DNA of 64,000 bases from an uncultured bacterium (lineage in GTDB: Bacteria > Chlamydiota > Chlamydiia > Chlamydiales > FEN-1388). The first letter of the stretch is position 1, and each line of letters opens with the position of its first letter. This document shows, piece after piece, positions 45,631 to 55,773 of the stretch. The notes under the pieces were generated by a model. It worked only from the letters and a program-made list of their open reading frames with translations, was not told where the DNA came from and did not search any database. The stretch is taken from NCBI GenBank assembly GCA_964514655.1, contig CAZEQY010000001.1:9614-73613 (forward strand), given 5' to 3'. The position numbers were made by a program, and so were the translations under genes.

Positions 45631-46371
45631 ATGACTAAAATGTCTTTATCAGCTGCCTTACGCAGTCAGCTAAAAGATTACCTAGAAGCGACAAAACATC
45701 CAGAGCTCATCACCACTTACCTATACTATGTTGAGCATAAATTTTCTCTTGAGCCAGTGCTTTTTGTCCGCGATAAGCTCGTCTATCAAAGCACAAGCGA
45801 CGCCGTTAGACTCCTTGAAAATGAAGGCAAACTCTGGCGCGAAACAGAAATTAAGATTGGCTACGTCACTTCTAGCGTCGACGAAAATACAAAGAAAATC
45901 TATATATGCCCCTTCACCGGTAAGGTCTTTGGCGACAACACGCACCCAAATCCACAAGATGCCATCTACGACTGGGTGTCAAAATGCCCGGAAAATACCG
46001 AACGCGTTGGCGGCCTTCGCGTAAAGCGCTTTTTCATCTCAGAAGACCCAGAGGTGATCAAAGCCTATGCAAGCAAGTTCACACCAAAAACGCCAATAAC
46101 AAAAATCGTCTTCTCTTCAGCAATTAACGGCAAGCTCTACCACTCAAAAGAAGCTGTTATCGAAGACTTTAAGGAAAACTACCTAAAACGAGTAAGCCTC
46201 GTGGAAGTCCAAAGCCAAAGCCGTTTCCAGATCGAAGAGCACTTCATGGAATTTATCCAGAAGCAGCTTGCCGAAGACAAGATTGCATCCTTTGTAGAGA
46301 TGATGTCTGAAGTCGAAGAGTTCGGCCCCTACGTCGAAAGCTGGCTTGGCGAGGTAGAACAGGAAACGTAA
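45631..46371 (+). CDS. Hypothetical cytoplasmic protein; first gene of the tsaE-engB-exonuclease cluster
   Basis: ATG 45631 is preceded by AGAGG. No known motif. Contains YICPFTGKVF...VSKCPE and an acidic C-terminus. Confidence 0.55.
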   Translation: MTKMSLSAALRSQLKDYLEATKHPELITTYLYYVEHKFSLEPVLFVRDKLVYQSTSDAVRLLENEGKLWRETEIKIGYVTSSVDENTKKIYICPFTGKVFGDNTHPNPQDAIYDWVSKCPENTERVGGLRVKRFFISEDPEVIKAYASKFTPKTPITKIVFSSAINGKLYHSKEAVIEDFKENYLKRVSLVEVQSQSRFQIEEHFMEFIQKQLAEDKIASFVEMMSEVEEFGPYVESWLGEVEQET

Positions 46372-46376
46372 AAAAG

Positions 46377-46799
46377 GTGGATACGCACTATCATTCTTGC
46401 TCAACGGAAGATACCGAAAAAGTAGCCTTAAGCCTTGCAAAAGACCTTAAAGCTGGTAGTGTTCTTGCCTTTTTTGGAGACCTAGGCACAGGCAAGACAA
46501 CCTTTATTCGATCCCTTGCTCAAAACCTCTGTGGGGTCATGCCTGAAGCTGTTTCAAGCCCCACATTTCAGTACCTCAACATCTATAATGGCAATCAAAC
46601 CGTCTATCATTTTGATCTTTATCGCCTTCAAAATGCAGATGAGTTTTTCCACATGGGCTTTGATGAGGTCTTTGACCAAGGCGGCATCACCTGCATAGAG
46701 TGGGCAGAGCGCATAGAAAAGCTACTGCCACATAACGCGATTGTAGTCAAAATCACGCACGCTGAAGAAGGTGCACGGCTCATAGAGATTGCACAATGA
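46377..46799 (+). CDS. tsaE: tRNA t6A37 biosynthesis ATPase TsaE (YjeE)
   Basis: FGDLGTGKTTFIRSLA (Walker A), SPTFQYLNIY and HFDLYRL. Confidence 0.85.
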   Translation: MDTHYHSCSTEDTEKVALSLAKDLKAGSVLAFFGDLGTGKTTFIRSLAQNLCGVMPEAVSSPTFQYLNIYNGNQTVYHFDLYRLQNADEFFHMGFDEVFDQGGITCIEWAERIEKLLPHNAIVVKITHAEEGARLIEIAQ

Positions 46800-47392
46800 A
46801 ACTGAAATGGAACAACACCCGCTTTATCAAATCGGCACTTTGGCCGGAGGAATACCCCAAATTTGGCCACCACCTCAACCAAGTTGCTATTTGCGGCCGC
46901 TCTAATGTTGGCAAGTCTTCTTTAATCAATGAGTTATGCTCAAAAAGCCAACTTGCAAAAACATCTAAAACACCCGGCAAAACCCAGTTAATTAACTTTT
47001 TTGAGATAGACGAAAGACTCATCTTTGTAGACCTTCCGGGCTACGGCTACGCAAAAGTCCCCCAAACAACAAAAGATCAGTGGGGCAAAATAATGACCAA
47101 GTACTTTGAAAAAGCCGTCCGCTTAGAACTTATCCTCTTTCTCCTAGATATCCGCCGCACACCAAATACCGAAGATCTAGAACTTCTACACTGGCTCTAC
47201 CACTACCAAAAGCCCTTTTTGCTCGTACTTACAAAAACAGATAAAGTAACTAAAAATGAACTCGAAATATGCACAAAAAACATCATAAAAGCTCTTCCCT
47301 ACGAAGGCTTTGAATATGTGCAGCACTCGAGCAAAACCCACCAAGGAACCTTTGACTTAAGGCAAAAGGTAGAACAGTATGCCACAGCTTAA
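46796..47392 (+). CDS. engB: Ribosome-biogenesis GTPase EngB/YsxC
   Basis: GRSNVGKSSLIN (G1), DLPGYGYA (G3) and TKTDK (G4). Its start overlaps the tsaE stop. Confidence 0.9.
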   Translation: MKLKWNNTRFIKSALWPEEYPKFGHHLNQVAICGRSNVGKSSLINELCSKSQLAKTSKTPGKTQLINFFEIDERLIFVDLPGYGYAKVPQTTKDQWGKIMTKYFEKAVRLELILFLLDIRRTPNTEDLELLHWLYHYQKPFLLVLTKTDKVTKNELEICTKNIIKALPYEGFEYVQHSSKTHQGTFDLRQKVEQYATA

Positions 47393-48128
47393 AAACCATA
47401 CATTTGTCTGTATAGACTGCGAATCAACAGGACTCGACCCAAAAAATGACCGTATCGTTGAAGTTGCGGCCGTTACCTTTACCTTAGATGGTATTCTTTC
47501 GGAGTTTGAGACTCTTGTGGACCCTGAAGTTGAAATTCCCCAAAACTCTATCGCCATCCACCACATCACTCAAGACATGGTACAGGGTAAACCCAAAATT
47601 GGAGAAATCTTGGGTCAGCTATTTGAATTAATAGGCCCACACCCTATTATAGGCCATGGCATCACCTACGATATCGACATTTTAGCCCATCATGCCCAGC
47701 GCTGCAATATCCCTTGCAACATACGCAAAAACCCATTTTTTGACACCCTGAGGCTTGCTCGTCTCTATGGAGAAAGCCCATCAAACTCACTAGAGACGCT
47801 CCGCCAGCACTTTAACATTGCAGAAGAAGGCGCACACAGGGCCATGAGCGATGTTATCGTCAATATCCAGGTGTTTAAAAAGCTCTCCCAGCACTTTAGA
47901 ACCCTTGAACAAATAACAGAAGCACTATCACGCCCCATCCAGATGAAAAATATGCCTCTTGGCAAACATAAAGGCCGTTCATTAAAAGAAATTCCCGTTG
48001 AATACCTACGCTGGGCAGCAAATCAGGACTTTGATCAGGACCTTTTGTACTCCCTCCGATCAGAACTTAACCGCCGAAAAAAGGGAACTTCGTTCGTCCA
48101 GTCGGCAAATCCATTCCTAAATCTCTAA
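47379..48128 (+). CDS. DnaQ/epsilon-like DEDDh 3'-5' exonuclease with a C-terminal DUF3820-like tail
   Basis: FVCIDCESTGLD (Exo I), GHGITYDIDIL (Exo II) and HRAMSDV (Exo III). Tail MPLGKHKGRSLKEIPVEYLRWAA. Confidence 0.8.
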   Translation: MPQLKNHTFVCIDCESTGLDPKNDRIVEVAAVTFTLDGILSEFETLVDPEVEIPQNSIAIHHITQDMVQGKPKIGEILGQLFELIGPHPIIGHGITYDIDILAHHAQRCNIPCNIRKNPFFDTLRLARLYGESPSNSLETLRQHFNIAEEGAHRAMSDVIVNIQVFKKLSQHFRTLEQITEALSRPIQMKNMPLGKHKGRSLKEIPVEYLRWAANQDFDQDLLYSLRSELNRRKKGTSFVQSANPFLNL

Positions 48129-48241
48129 TTATTTTTGCCTCCACACATGCCTGTGAAGCTGTTTTTTATAAAGTTCTATATATTATATGGAATAAATAAT
48201 CACAGCTTGCAATACTTAAGACAAATTGAGTATTAAGCAAT

Positions 48242-49675
48242 TTGGAACCTTTTGGAGAGAAGGCGTACAAGGAGGCAATGGAACTATCCTTTCTAGTTAT
48301 TCTACTATGTTGCTTGATCGCGGGAGCGAGTGTGTGGCTATTTACAAAAAATCAGTCCACAGAGTGCGCTCGTGCTCACTCCAATAAGCCAATTGGCTGG
48401 TTCTCTCTTGTAGGGTCCTTTGTGGCCGCACAAATTGGAGGCAGCTGGTTCTTATATCTTGTCGACTGTGCGCAGTCAGATGGCATCTACGCAATACTCT
48501 ACCCTCTTGGCAGCGCTCTTGGCCTGCTAGCACTTGGCCTTGGTCTTGGAGCAAGAATTGCTCGTCTGCAAATCTCTAGCGTTCCGGACCTTTTTGAAAA
48601 GCACTATAGAAGCTGCACACTACGAAAAATCTCCTGCTTTTTAAGCATGGCTACCCTTCTTGGACTACTTGTAGCGCAGGCTGTAGCCTTAAAAGATCTC
48701 TTTAAAGCCCTTGGCGTAAAACACGACACCCTCTTTATTGGCGCCTGGATTTCCGTCGTTTTCATCACAATACGCGGTAGAACAAATACCAAGGCATGGA
48801 TTGCCATGCTCCAGGCAGTGATTCTGCTTGGCGTTTTGGGGGCTGCCTGCTTCTTTAGTCCTGATTCACCAACTAGCAACATCACCGTCTTTGATGGCTT
48901 TAGCGGCATCGAAAGCGAGATACGTGAAGGCTTTAACTCAAAGCTTGCAGCCTACCTGCTGATGCCCTGCCTCTTTATATTTTTGGAGCCGGAAATGGTG
49001 AGAAGCGCCATGCAGGTGCGCTCAAAGAAGGAAATTTCTGTAGCGGTAGTGGTTTCTGGCATTATATTGCTCATCTGCTCGTTTGTACCCGTTTACTATG
49101 GCATAGCAGGCAAGCTTTCAGGCTCTGAAGAAAGTAGTGCAACGGGCTTTATCAGCGCAGTTGGCTCTGCTACAAACCCCATTATCACGATAGCATCTGC
49201 ATGCATCTTGATGGTTGCGATTGTTTCGGCATCTTCTGCACTTCTTTGGTCGCTAAATACCCACCTACTTATGGATTTTAGAAGCGAAACAGAGAAAAAG
49301 AAAAAATCGAGCTTCATGATAAACCTCTCTTGGGGTGGCACTATTACTTTAGGCATGCTTGCCCTTGTCTTTTCTTACGTAAATTTGGGTATTGCTTCTC
49401 TTATTTTGGGAAGTTATGAGCTCGCTGTTGTCTGCATGTTTGTTCCCCTTGTTCAAGCTGCTTTTGCCCGCTCAGATCAAGAATATCCAAAGCTTGCAGC
49501 AAGCCTATCTATGTGTTTTGGTGGCATTGGTTTTTGCCTTACCAAGTACTATGACATGAACTTTTTTCCGGAAGCCTTTTCGATTCTACTTTCATGGCTT
49601 GGCTTCATGCTCGGAAAAGCCCTATCCATCAAGGAAAAAAATGCTGACGGTCAAGGACTTAGATGTAGACAATAA
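48242..49675 (+). CDS. Sodium:solute symporter (SSF)-like membrane transporter
   Basis: About 13 hydrophobic helices. ...SSVPDLFEKHYRSCTLRKI... resembles the SSF T-x-P-E-x-L-x-x-RY region. The start is uncertain (TTG 48242 or ATG 48281). Confidence 0.55.
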   Translation: MEPFGEKAYKEAMELSFLVILLCCLIAGASVWLFTKNQSTECARAHSNKPIGWFSLVGSFVAAQIGGSWFLYLVDCAQSDGIYAILYPLGSALGLLALGLGLGARIARLQISSVPDLFEKHYRSCTLRKISCFLSMATLLGLLVAQAVALKDLFKALGVKHDTLFIGAWISVVFITIRGRTNTKAWIAMLQAVILLGVLGAACFFSPDSPTSNITVFDGFSGIESEIREGFNSKLAAYLLMPCLFIFLEPEMVRSAMQVRSKKEISVAVVVSGIILLICSFVPVYYGIAGKLSGSEESSATGFISAVGSATNPIITIASACILMVAIVSASSALLWSLNTHLLMDFRSETEKKKKSSFMINLSWGGTITLGMLALVFSYVNLGIASLILGSYELAVVCMFVPLVQAAFARSDQEYPKLAASLSMCFGGIGFCLTKYYDMNFFPEAFSILLSWLGFMLGKALSIKEKNADGQGLRCRQ

Positions 49676-50816
49676 GCGCGTTCTTGTGCGCGTTGACTTT
49701 AACGTTCCCCTAAATGATGAAGGGCAAATAACTGATGATACACGCATCAGGGCATCTTTACCTACCATCCAGTACCTACTAGACCACAATGCCATGGTTA
49801 TTCTGATGAGCCATCTTGGCCGCCCTAAAGGCAAATCGCCAAAACTCTCTTTAGAACCTTGCAGAAAGCGCCTATCTGAGCTTCTTAATAGGCCTGTTAC
49901 TATGGCTATAGATTGTATTGGCCCCGATGTTGACAAGCTAGTTGCGGACATGTTGCCACAAGATATCGTTATGCTAGAAAACCTACGTTTTTATCCGGCA
50001 GAAGAAGACCCCGATAGCGACCCTACTTTTAGCAAAAAACTGGCACAAGGCAAGGACCTCTACGTAAATGATGCCTTTGGCTGCGCCCATCGTAAACACT
50101 CATCAACTGCCTCTATCGCAACATACTTTCCTGGCAAAAGTGCATGCGGCTTTTTGCTCGAAAAAGAGATCAATCTCTTAGGAAACGCCCTTAAATCGCC
50201 AAAAAGGCCCTTTTTTGCCATCATTGGGGGAGCAAAAGTATCTACAAAAATTGGAGTCTTAAAGGCCTTAAGCAGCCAAGTTGATGCCCTGATGCTCGGA
50301 GGGGGCATGGCCTACACTTTTTTACGGGCGCTAGGAATATCAGTTGGAGATTCGCTTGTAGAACCTGGCATGGTCGACACTGCTAAAGAAATTTTAAATG
50401 GCCCTGCAAAAATCTACCTACCTCTCGATATAGTTGCTGCCACAAAATTTGACAACGACGCCCCTACAAAAACGTTCTTAGTGCAAGAGGGCATACCCTC
50501 CGGCTATCAAGGCATGGACATTGGCCCCAAAACAATTGAAGCCTGGAAAAGTGCGTTACAGAATGCCAAAACAATCCTCTGGAACGGCCCTGTAGGCGTC
50601 TTTGAGATGCCACATTTTGCAAAAGGCACCCATGCAATAGCCGAAGCTCTTGCTTCACTACAAGGAGCCATCACCATAGTTGGAGGCGGTGACTCAGTAG
50701 CTGCCGTACAAGAGTACAACCTTGCTGATAGATTCACCCATATCTCTACAGGCGGCGGGGCTGCCCTTGAATACGTTGAATTCGGCACGCTACCCGGCAT
50801 CGACGCTTTAAAATAA
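49641..50816 (+). CDS. pgk: Phosphoglycerate kinase
   Basis: MLTVKDLDVDNKRVLVRVDFNVPL... begins at ATG 49641 after AAGGAAAAAA. The 49599 start in the ORF track is an unlikely N-terminal extension. GGGDS and GGGA motifs are present. Confidence 0.95.
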   Translation: MLTVKDLDVDNKRVLVRVDFNVPLNDEGQITDDTRIRASLPTIQYLLDHNAMVILMSHLGRPKGKSPKLSLEPCRKRLSELLNRPVTMAIDCIGPDVDKLVADMLPQDIVMLENLRFYPAEEDPDSDPTFSKKLAQGKDLYVNDAFGCAHRKHSSTASIATYFPGKSACGFLLEKEINLLGNALKSPKRPFFAIIGGAKVSTKIGVLKALSSQVDALMLGGGMAYTFLRALGISVGDSLVEPGMVDTAKEILNGPAKIYLPLDIVAATKFDNDAPTKTFLVQEGIPSGYQGMDIGPKTIEAWKSALQNAKTILWNGPVGVFEMPHFAKGTHAIAEALASLQGAITIVGGGDSVAAVQEYNLADRFTHISTGGGAALEYVEFGTLPGIDALK

Positions 50817-50853
50817 TTTTTCACACAATCGGAAAAAATGAAGTACTCTAGAG

Positions 50854-50900
50854 CGCGAAGAATATGAATGAGGCTATCTTCGCGGCCTTCGCGGTTTTTT
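50854..50900 (+). terminator. Candidate pgk terminator
   Basis: CGCGAAG (50854-50860) can pair with either of two CTTCGCG copies (50878-50884 and 50887-50893). The second copy is followed by G and T6. Confidence 0.4.
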
Positions 50901-51080
50901 ACTCGAACCAAACGTAATATAAACCTTGAACATTTATCGCTTTTACGCTATGCTTTTAACTAAATTTAAAAAAAGCATTGCCCCAGATGATATTTATTGT
51001 TCTACATCTGCCGGTTTCTTCCTCAGTCAAGCGCTCCCGCGCGCAAAAGTCCCTTTATTTTGTAAACCAAAGAGTTCAGC

Positions 51081-52607
51081 ATGACAGAAAGTTTTACGCA
51101 ATTTAGTAAACTGCGGGCCTTTTTTTGGCCGGTGCATAGGCACGAGCTAAAAAAGCTTATCCCTATGCTTCTGATCTTCTTTCTTCTTAACTTTGACTAC
51201 AATATTCTTCGCGGCCTTAAAGACACTATCGTTATCACGGCTGAACATTCCGGCGCTGAAGTAATCCCATTCATTAAAGTGTGGGTAATGTTCCCTCTTT
51301 CTGTCACTTTTGCCTTTATCTACGTTCGGCTTTGTAACCGCTTTTCTCGAGAAAATGTCTTCTACATTCTTCTGTCGATGTTTTTAACCTACTTTGCGGT
51401 ATTTGCCTTTTTACTCTATCCACATCGCGAGACATTGCACTTTCATGAAACGGCAGATTTTCTCCAAACCGTTCTTCCAGAAGGCTGTAAGGGCTTTATT
51501 GCCATGTATCGCTACTGGAGTTACACGCTCTTTTATGCACTTGCAGATCTTTGGTCAAACATCATCTTAGCTCTACTCTTTTGGGGCTTTGCAAACCAGG
51601 TGACAAAGCTTCATGAAGCAAAGCGCTTTTATGGCCTCTTTGGTCTTGGCACGAACTTCTCAGGCATCATTGCCGGCCCTGTAGCCATCATGATCACTCT
51701 ATTGCCGTTTAACTCAAGCCTTGGGCTTGGTGACGATGCATGGGGACAGTCTATGACCATCCTTATCTGCCTGATCATCGCTGTCGGCTTTAGCACAATG
51801 CTTGCCTTCCGCTGGCTGCACACATCTGTTCTTAACCAAGAAATCGAACAAGAACAAGCTCTTGCAAGAGCTCAGGAAAATCCTCCGCCTAAGAAAAAAT
51901 TCTCTATGCGCGAAAACCTCCGCTATGTGCTAAGGTCTAACTACGTTCTTTCTATCGCCCTAATCATCATCGCCTATAACGTGGTGATTAACCTTGTAGA
52001 AGTATTATGGAAACACGAAGTAAGAGAGCTTTATCCCGCCCCACAAGATTACCTTATCTTCATGAACAAGGTAACAATTATGATCGGGGTACTAGCAACG
52101 CTTATGGCGCTCTTTGTCTCCGGCAACTTGATCCGCAAATTCGGCTGGACCTTTACAGCCCTAGTCACTCCGGCTATTCTCTTAGTGACAAGCCTTGGAT
52201 TTTTTGGGTTTTTCTTTTTAAAAGACCATCCTAAGCTTGTATTAAGCCTCTTTGGTGCCTCGCCTCTTTACTTAGTTGTCCTCTTTGGCACTTTGCAAAA
52301 CTGTATGAGCCGGGCAGCAAAATACACGGTCTTTGATGCAACGAAGGAAATGGCCTTTATTCCTCTTACAATAGAAGAAAAAATCAAAGGTAAAGCTGCT
52401 GTTGACGGTATCTGTAACCGCCTAGGAAAGTCCGGCGGAGCGATTATTTACCACTTTTTACTACTAGCATTTGCCTCAATTCCGGCAAGCGCCCCTTACG
52501 TTGGCCTCTTTTTGATATGTATTATTGGCCTATGGATAATGTGTGTAAACGTACTTGGTAAAAAGTTCACAGAACTTACTGCCCCCGCAGCGGCTACAGC
52601 AGTGTAA
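51081..52607 (+). CDS. ntt: TLC-family nucleotide transporter (tandem copy 1)
   Basis: LRAFFWPVHRHELKKLIPMLLIFFLLNFDYNILRGLKDTIVITAEHSGAEVIPFIKVWVM... and AKYTVFDATKEMAFIPL...KGKAAVDG. Confidence 0.9.
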   Translation: MTESFTQFSKLRAFFWPVHRHELKKLIPMLLIFFLLNFDYNILRGLKDTIVITAEHSGAEVIPFIKVWVMFPLSVTFAFIYVRLCNRFSRENVFYILLSMFLTYFAVFAFLLYPHRETLHFHETADFLQTVLPEGCKGFIAMYRYWSYTLFYALADLWSNIILALLFWGFANQVTKLHEAKRFYGLFGLGTNFSGIIAGPVAIMITLLPFNSSLGLGDDAWGQSMTILICLIIAVGFSTMLAFRWLHTSVLNQEIEQEQALARAQENPPPKKKFSMRENLRYVLRSNYVLSIALIIIAYNVVINLVEVLWKHEVRELYPAPQDYLIFMNKVTIMIGVLATLMALFVSGNLIRKFGWTFTALVTPAILLVTSLGFFGFFFLKDHPKLVLSLFGASPLYLVVLFGTLQNCMSRAAKYTVFDATKEMAFIPLTIEEKIKGKAAVDGICNRLGKSGGAIIYHFLLLAFASIPASAPYVGLFLICIIGLWIMCVNVLGKKFTELTAPAAATAV

Positions 52608-52668
52608 AATAAAATATTGATTTAAATGTTCGTTTTGTATATGATGGTGATTTACTTAGAGGAAAAGT

Positions 52669-54267
52669 ATGCGTGAGAGTGATCAAGAACCTCCAGCGTT
52701 TGGGAAAGTACGGTCATTTGTCTGGCCTATATACCGCCACGAGCTAAGAAAGCTCCTTCCAATGTTTCTCATGCTCTTTTTCGTCTGCTTTAACTACACG
52801 GTTCTACGCAACCTCAAAGACACCATTGTCATCACGGCTGAAAATTCAGGCGCTGAAGTAATCCCCTTCATCAAGGTATGGGTGATGCTGCCGGCTGCCG
52901 TCATTGCCACAATACTCTTTACCTACCTCACAAACCACTTTAAGCGATCGACAGTCTTTTACATAGTAGTCGGTACCTTCACAAGCTACTACTGCCTCTT
53001 TGCCTTTTTTATCAACCCCATGCACGAAGCTTTAACGGCAGACTCTCTTGCGCAATTTCTACATTCGGTACTTCCGCCAGGCTGTAAAGGCTTTATCACC
53101 ATGGTCAGAAACTGGCCGTTTACCCTAAACTATGTGATGTCAGAGCTTTGGAGTACAATGGTGCTCACAGTGCTTTTCTGGGGCTTTGCAAACGATATTA
53201 CCCGCATGTCAGAGGCAGCTCGCTTTTATAGCGCCCTCAACATCAGCTCTAACTCCGCCTCTATTGTCGCAGGACAAGTTGCAGTACTCCTTACCACAAA
53301 TATCTTTAACCCAAACCTCTTCTTTGGGCACGATGCGTGGTCTCAAACAATAGACAAGCTAACGCTACTTATCCTCTTTTGCGGTATAGGCATCATGCTT
53401 ACCTTCCGCTGGATGAGAAATAATGTTCTAAACGACCCTCAGTACCTTCCGGAAGAGTCTAGAGAACAAAAAGTAGAACGCAAAAAATCCAAAAAGCTGA
53501 GCTTTAGAGAAAGCCTGTCGTATGTAACACATTCTAAGTACTTCCTCTGCATCGCAGCGATGGTAGTTTCTTATAACCTCGTTATCCACATGGTAGAAGT
53601 AATATGGAAAGACCGCCTTCGCGAGCTCTATCCAAATCCAAATGACTATAACGTCTTTACAAACAACCTCACATCTGCAATGGGCATTATTTCAACGACA
53701 GCTGCGCTTGTTATGGTTGGCATTATCCGCAAGTTTGGCTGGACAAAGACTGCTCTTATTACCCCAATTGTGCTTCTTATCACCACAATTACCTTCTTTA
53801 CCTGCTTACTAGCAGACTCTAGCATTGCACCATTTGTATCTATACTACTTGGCACTACGCCGCTTGCACTTGCTGTATACTTGGGCTCTGCTCAGAATAT
53901 GTTTACAAAGGCTGCAAAATACTCGCTCTTTGACACAACAAAAGAGATGGCCTTTATTCCAATAGACCGCGAGCATAAGCTAAAAGGCAAAACAGCAATT
54001 GATGGTATTGGCTCAAGGCTTGGTAAATCTGGCGGCTCGCTTATCCACCAAGGTCTTCTTATCATCTTTGGCACACTTACATTCAGTACGCCCTATGTTG
54101 CAGCGATACTTCTAGCTGTAATACTGCTTTGGATTGTAGCTGTGCGGACACTTGGCAAGATGTTTACTGAAAAGACACGCGGCATCAACCTTACCGGCAG
54201 CGTGCCAGAAGAAGCTCCTGCAGCCCAACAAGCTCCGAGCATTGCACCAGCTGCAGCTCCAGCTTAA
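52669..54267 (+). CDS. ntt: TLC-family nucleotide transporter (tandem copy 2)
   Basis: VRSFVWPIYRHELRKLLPMFLMLFFVCFNYTVLRNLKDTIVITAENSGAEVIPFIKVWVM... and AKYSLFDTTKEMAFIPI...KGKTAIDG. Ala/Pro-rich tail. Confidence 0.9.
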   Translation: MRESDQEPPAFGKVRSFVWPIYRHELRKLLPMFLMLFFVCFNYTVLRNLKDTIVITAENSGAEVIPFIKVWVMLPAAVIATILFTYLTNHFKRSTVFYIVVGTFTSYYCLFAFFINPMHEALTADSLAQFLHSVLPPGCKGFITMVRNWPFTLNYVMSELWSTMVLTVLFWGFANDITRMSEAARFYSALNISSNSASIVAGQVAVLLTTNIFNPNLFFGHDAWSQTIDKLTLLILFCGIGIMLTFRWMRNNVLNDPQYLPEESREQKVERKKSKKLSFRESLSYVTHSKYFLCIAAMVVSYNLVIHMVEVIWKDRLRELYPNPNDYNVFTNNLTSAMGIISTTAALVMVGIIRKFGWTKTALITPIVLLITTITFFTCLLADSSIAPFVSILLGTTPLALAVYLGSAQNMFTKAAKYSLFDTTKEMAFIPIDREHKLKGKTAIDGIGSRLGKSGGSLIHQGLLIIFGTLTFSTPYVAAILLAVILLWIVAVRTLGKMFTEKTRGINLTGSVPEEAPAAQQAPSIAPAAAPA

Positions 54268-54318
54268 TCTTCTAGCACTACTTATTCGAAAAAAGCAGCT
54301 TTTTGCCTGTTGTTTTTC

Positions 54319-55773
54319 TTAATTATTTAGTGCAAAGTCGATAAAACCCTTTTCAACTTGGACTGAAACAAGTTTTACCTTTACCTTATCGCCAACATGT
54401 AGATTTGGAGGAGCGTTTAGAAGCTTTCCTTCGGTTGCTGGGGTAAAGATGCGGACCCAGCAGTTTTTTTCATTAATGCCTGTGATGATGCCATCAAATC
54501 CAGCTCCAATTTGCGAAGAAAGCAAAATTGCTGCCGCTGCTTTATTGATCTGCCTTTCGGCCTTATTTGCAGCATCTTCTTGCTGAGTACAGTGTTTTGC
54601 AAGTACTTCAAGTTCTGGGATTGTGTACGCAGTTTTTCGAGCTTTGCTATACGCTTTGTATTGACGCTGTACAAGAAGATCCGGATAGCGCCTGTTTGGG
54701 GCTGTAGAATGGGTATAGTTTGGGATTCCTAAAGCAAAATGCCCTGTATGACTTGCTTTAGGATGTTCGACAACATATTCACCACGTCCTAAAAGCTTGA
54801 TAATGGTTAACGAAAGATCGTAAAAGGCTATAGGATCTGCCTTTTTCCTTTTTACAAGAAAGGCATCCAAAGCTTTTGAATCTGGCTTTTCAGGTAGTTC
54901 TTCATTATAGCGCCTTGCAACTTCAACTATCTGATCCCAGTATTTTGGCTCTGTCACGACACGGCGCAAAATAGCAATATTTGCCTCTCTGCACGTAGTT
55001 GCCATCACTTGATTTGCCGCTATCATAAATTCTTCGATAATCTGCTCCGCAAAATTGTGCGAAGAGAGCTGCACGATAATTTGGCTCTGATTGTTAAGAT
55101 GAACTTCTGGTTGTGGAGAGTCAAGAGTAAGAGATCCTTCTGATTCTCTTTTTTTGCGTAGAAGCTGGGCTATTTCATGGTGTAGGGCTAGAGACTTTTG
55201 TACTTCTTGGTTTTGAGAAGAAAGCTCAACTTTAGCCTCAAGCCATGCTGCCACATTGTTATAGGTAAGCTTTGCATAGTTATGAACACTTGCTGAAAAA
55301 ATTGAAGAATCAACAATTTCAGCATTCTGATTGATTCGAATATACACCACCATCGCCAAACGATCTTCATTTTCATTGAGTGATGTAAGGTTAGTAGAGA
55401 GCTTTTCAGGAAGCATAGGGAAAATGAGTGCGGGCGTGTATATGGAAGTAGTATTGATCTGGGCATGTTGATCGATAGGAGAATCTTTTGCAACAAGAGC
55501 ATCAACATCAGCAACGGCAATCCACAACTCAAAATTTGTGTCCGATTGTTTAGAAGCATATGTTAGCTGGTCTAAATCGCGAGAATCATCATTATCGATC
55601 GAGCACCAGGCTAAAGACCGAAGATCCCGTATATCTCCTGATATAGCCGCAGGGGCATTTATCGATTCGAGTGCGCGAATTACTTCCTTTGGAAATTCTG
55701 GCTCAAGCCCTTTTTCCATAATGATATTTTTTGCGATCTTGCAAAGGTCTTGTTGTATATTCACAAAAACCAT
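54319..55773 (-). CDS. RNase II/R-family 3'-5' exoribonuclease (short form: RNB + S1, no N-terminal cold-shock domains)
   Basis: IDNDDSRDLDQL, HFALGIPNYTHSTAPNRRYPDLLVQRQ (RNB motif IV), and a C-terminal S1-like GIITGINEKNCWVRI. Confidence 0.8.
   Translation of the reverse strand: MVFVNIQQDLCKIAKNIIMEKGLEPEFPKEVIRALESINAPAAISGDIRDLRSLAWCSIDNDDSRDLDQLTYASKQSDTNFELWIAVADVDALVAKDSPIDQHAQINTTSIYTPALIFPMLPEKLSTNLTSLNENEDRLAMVVYIRINQNAEIVDSSIFSASVHNYAKLTYNNVAAWLEAKVELSSQNQEVQKSLALHHEIAQLLRKKRESEGSLTLDSPQPEVHLNNQSQIIVQLSSHNFAEQIIEEFMIAANQVMATTCREANIAILRRVVTEPKYWDQIVEVARRYNEELPEKPDSKALDAFLVKRKKADPIAFYDLSLTIIKLLGRGEYVVEHPKASHTGHFALGIPNYTHSTAPNRRYPDLLVQRQYKAYSKARKTAYTIPELEVLAKHCTQQEDAANKAERQINKAAAAILLSSQIGAGFDGIITGINEKNCWVRIFTPATEGKLLNAPPNLHVGDKVKVKLVSVQVEKGFIDFALNN

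Noticed and set aside
54268-54318. Terminator between ntt and the RNase II-like gene (AAAAAGC-a-GCTTTTT)
   Set aside because: The stem is AT-rich and the loop is too short to form. It is not convincing as an intrinsic terminator.
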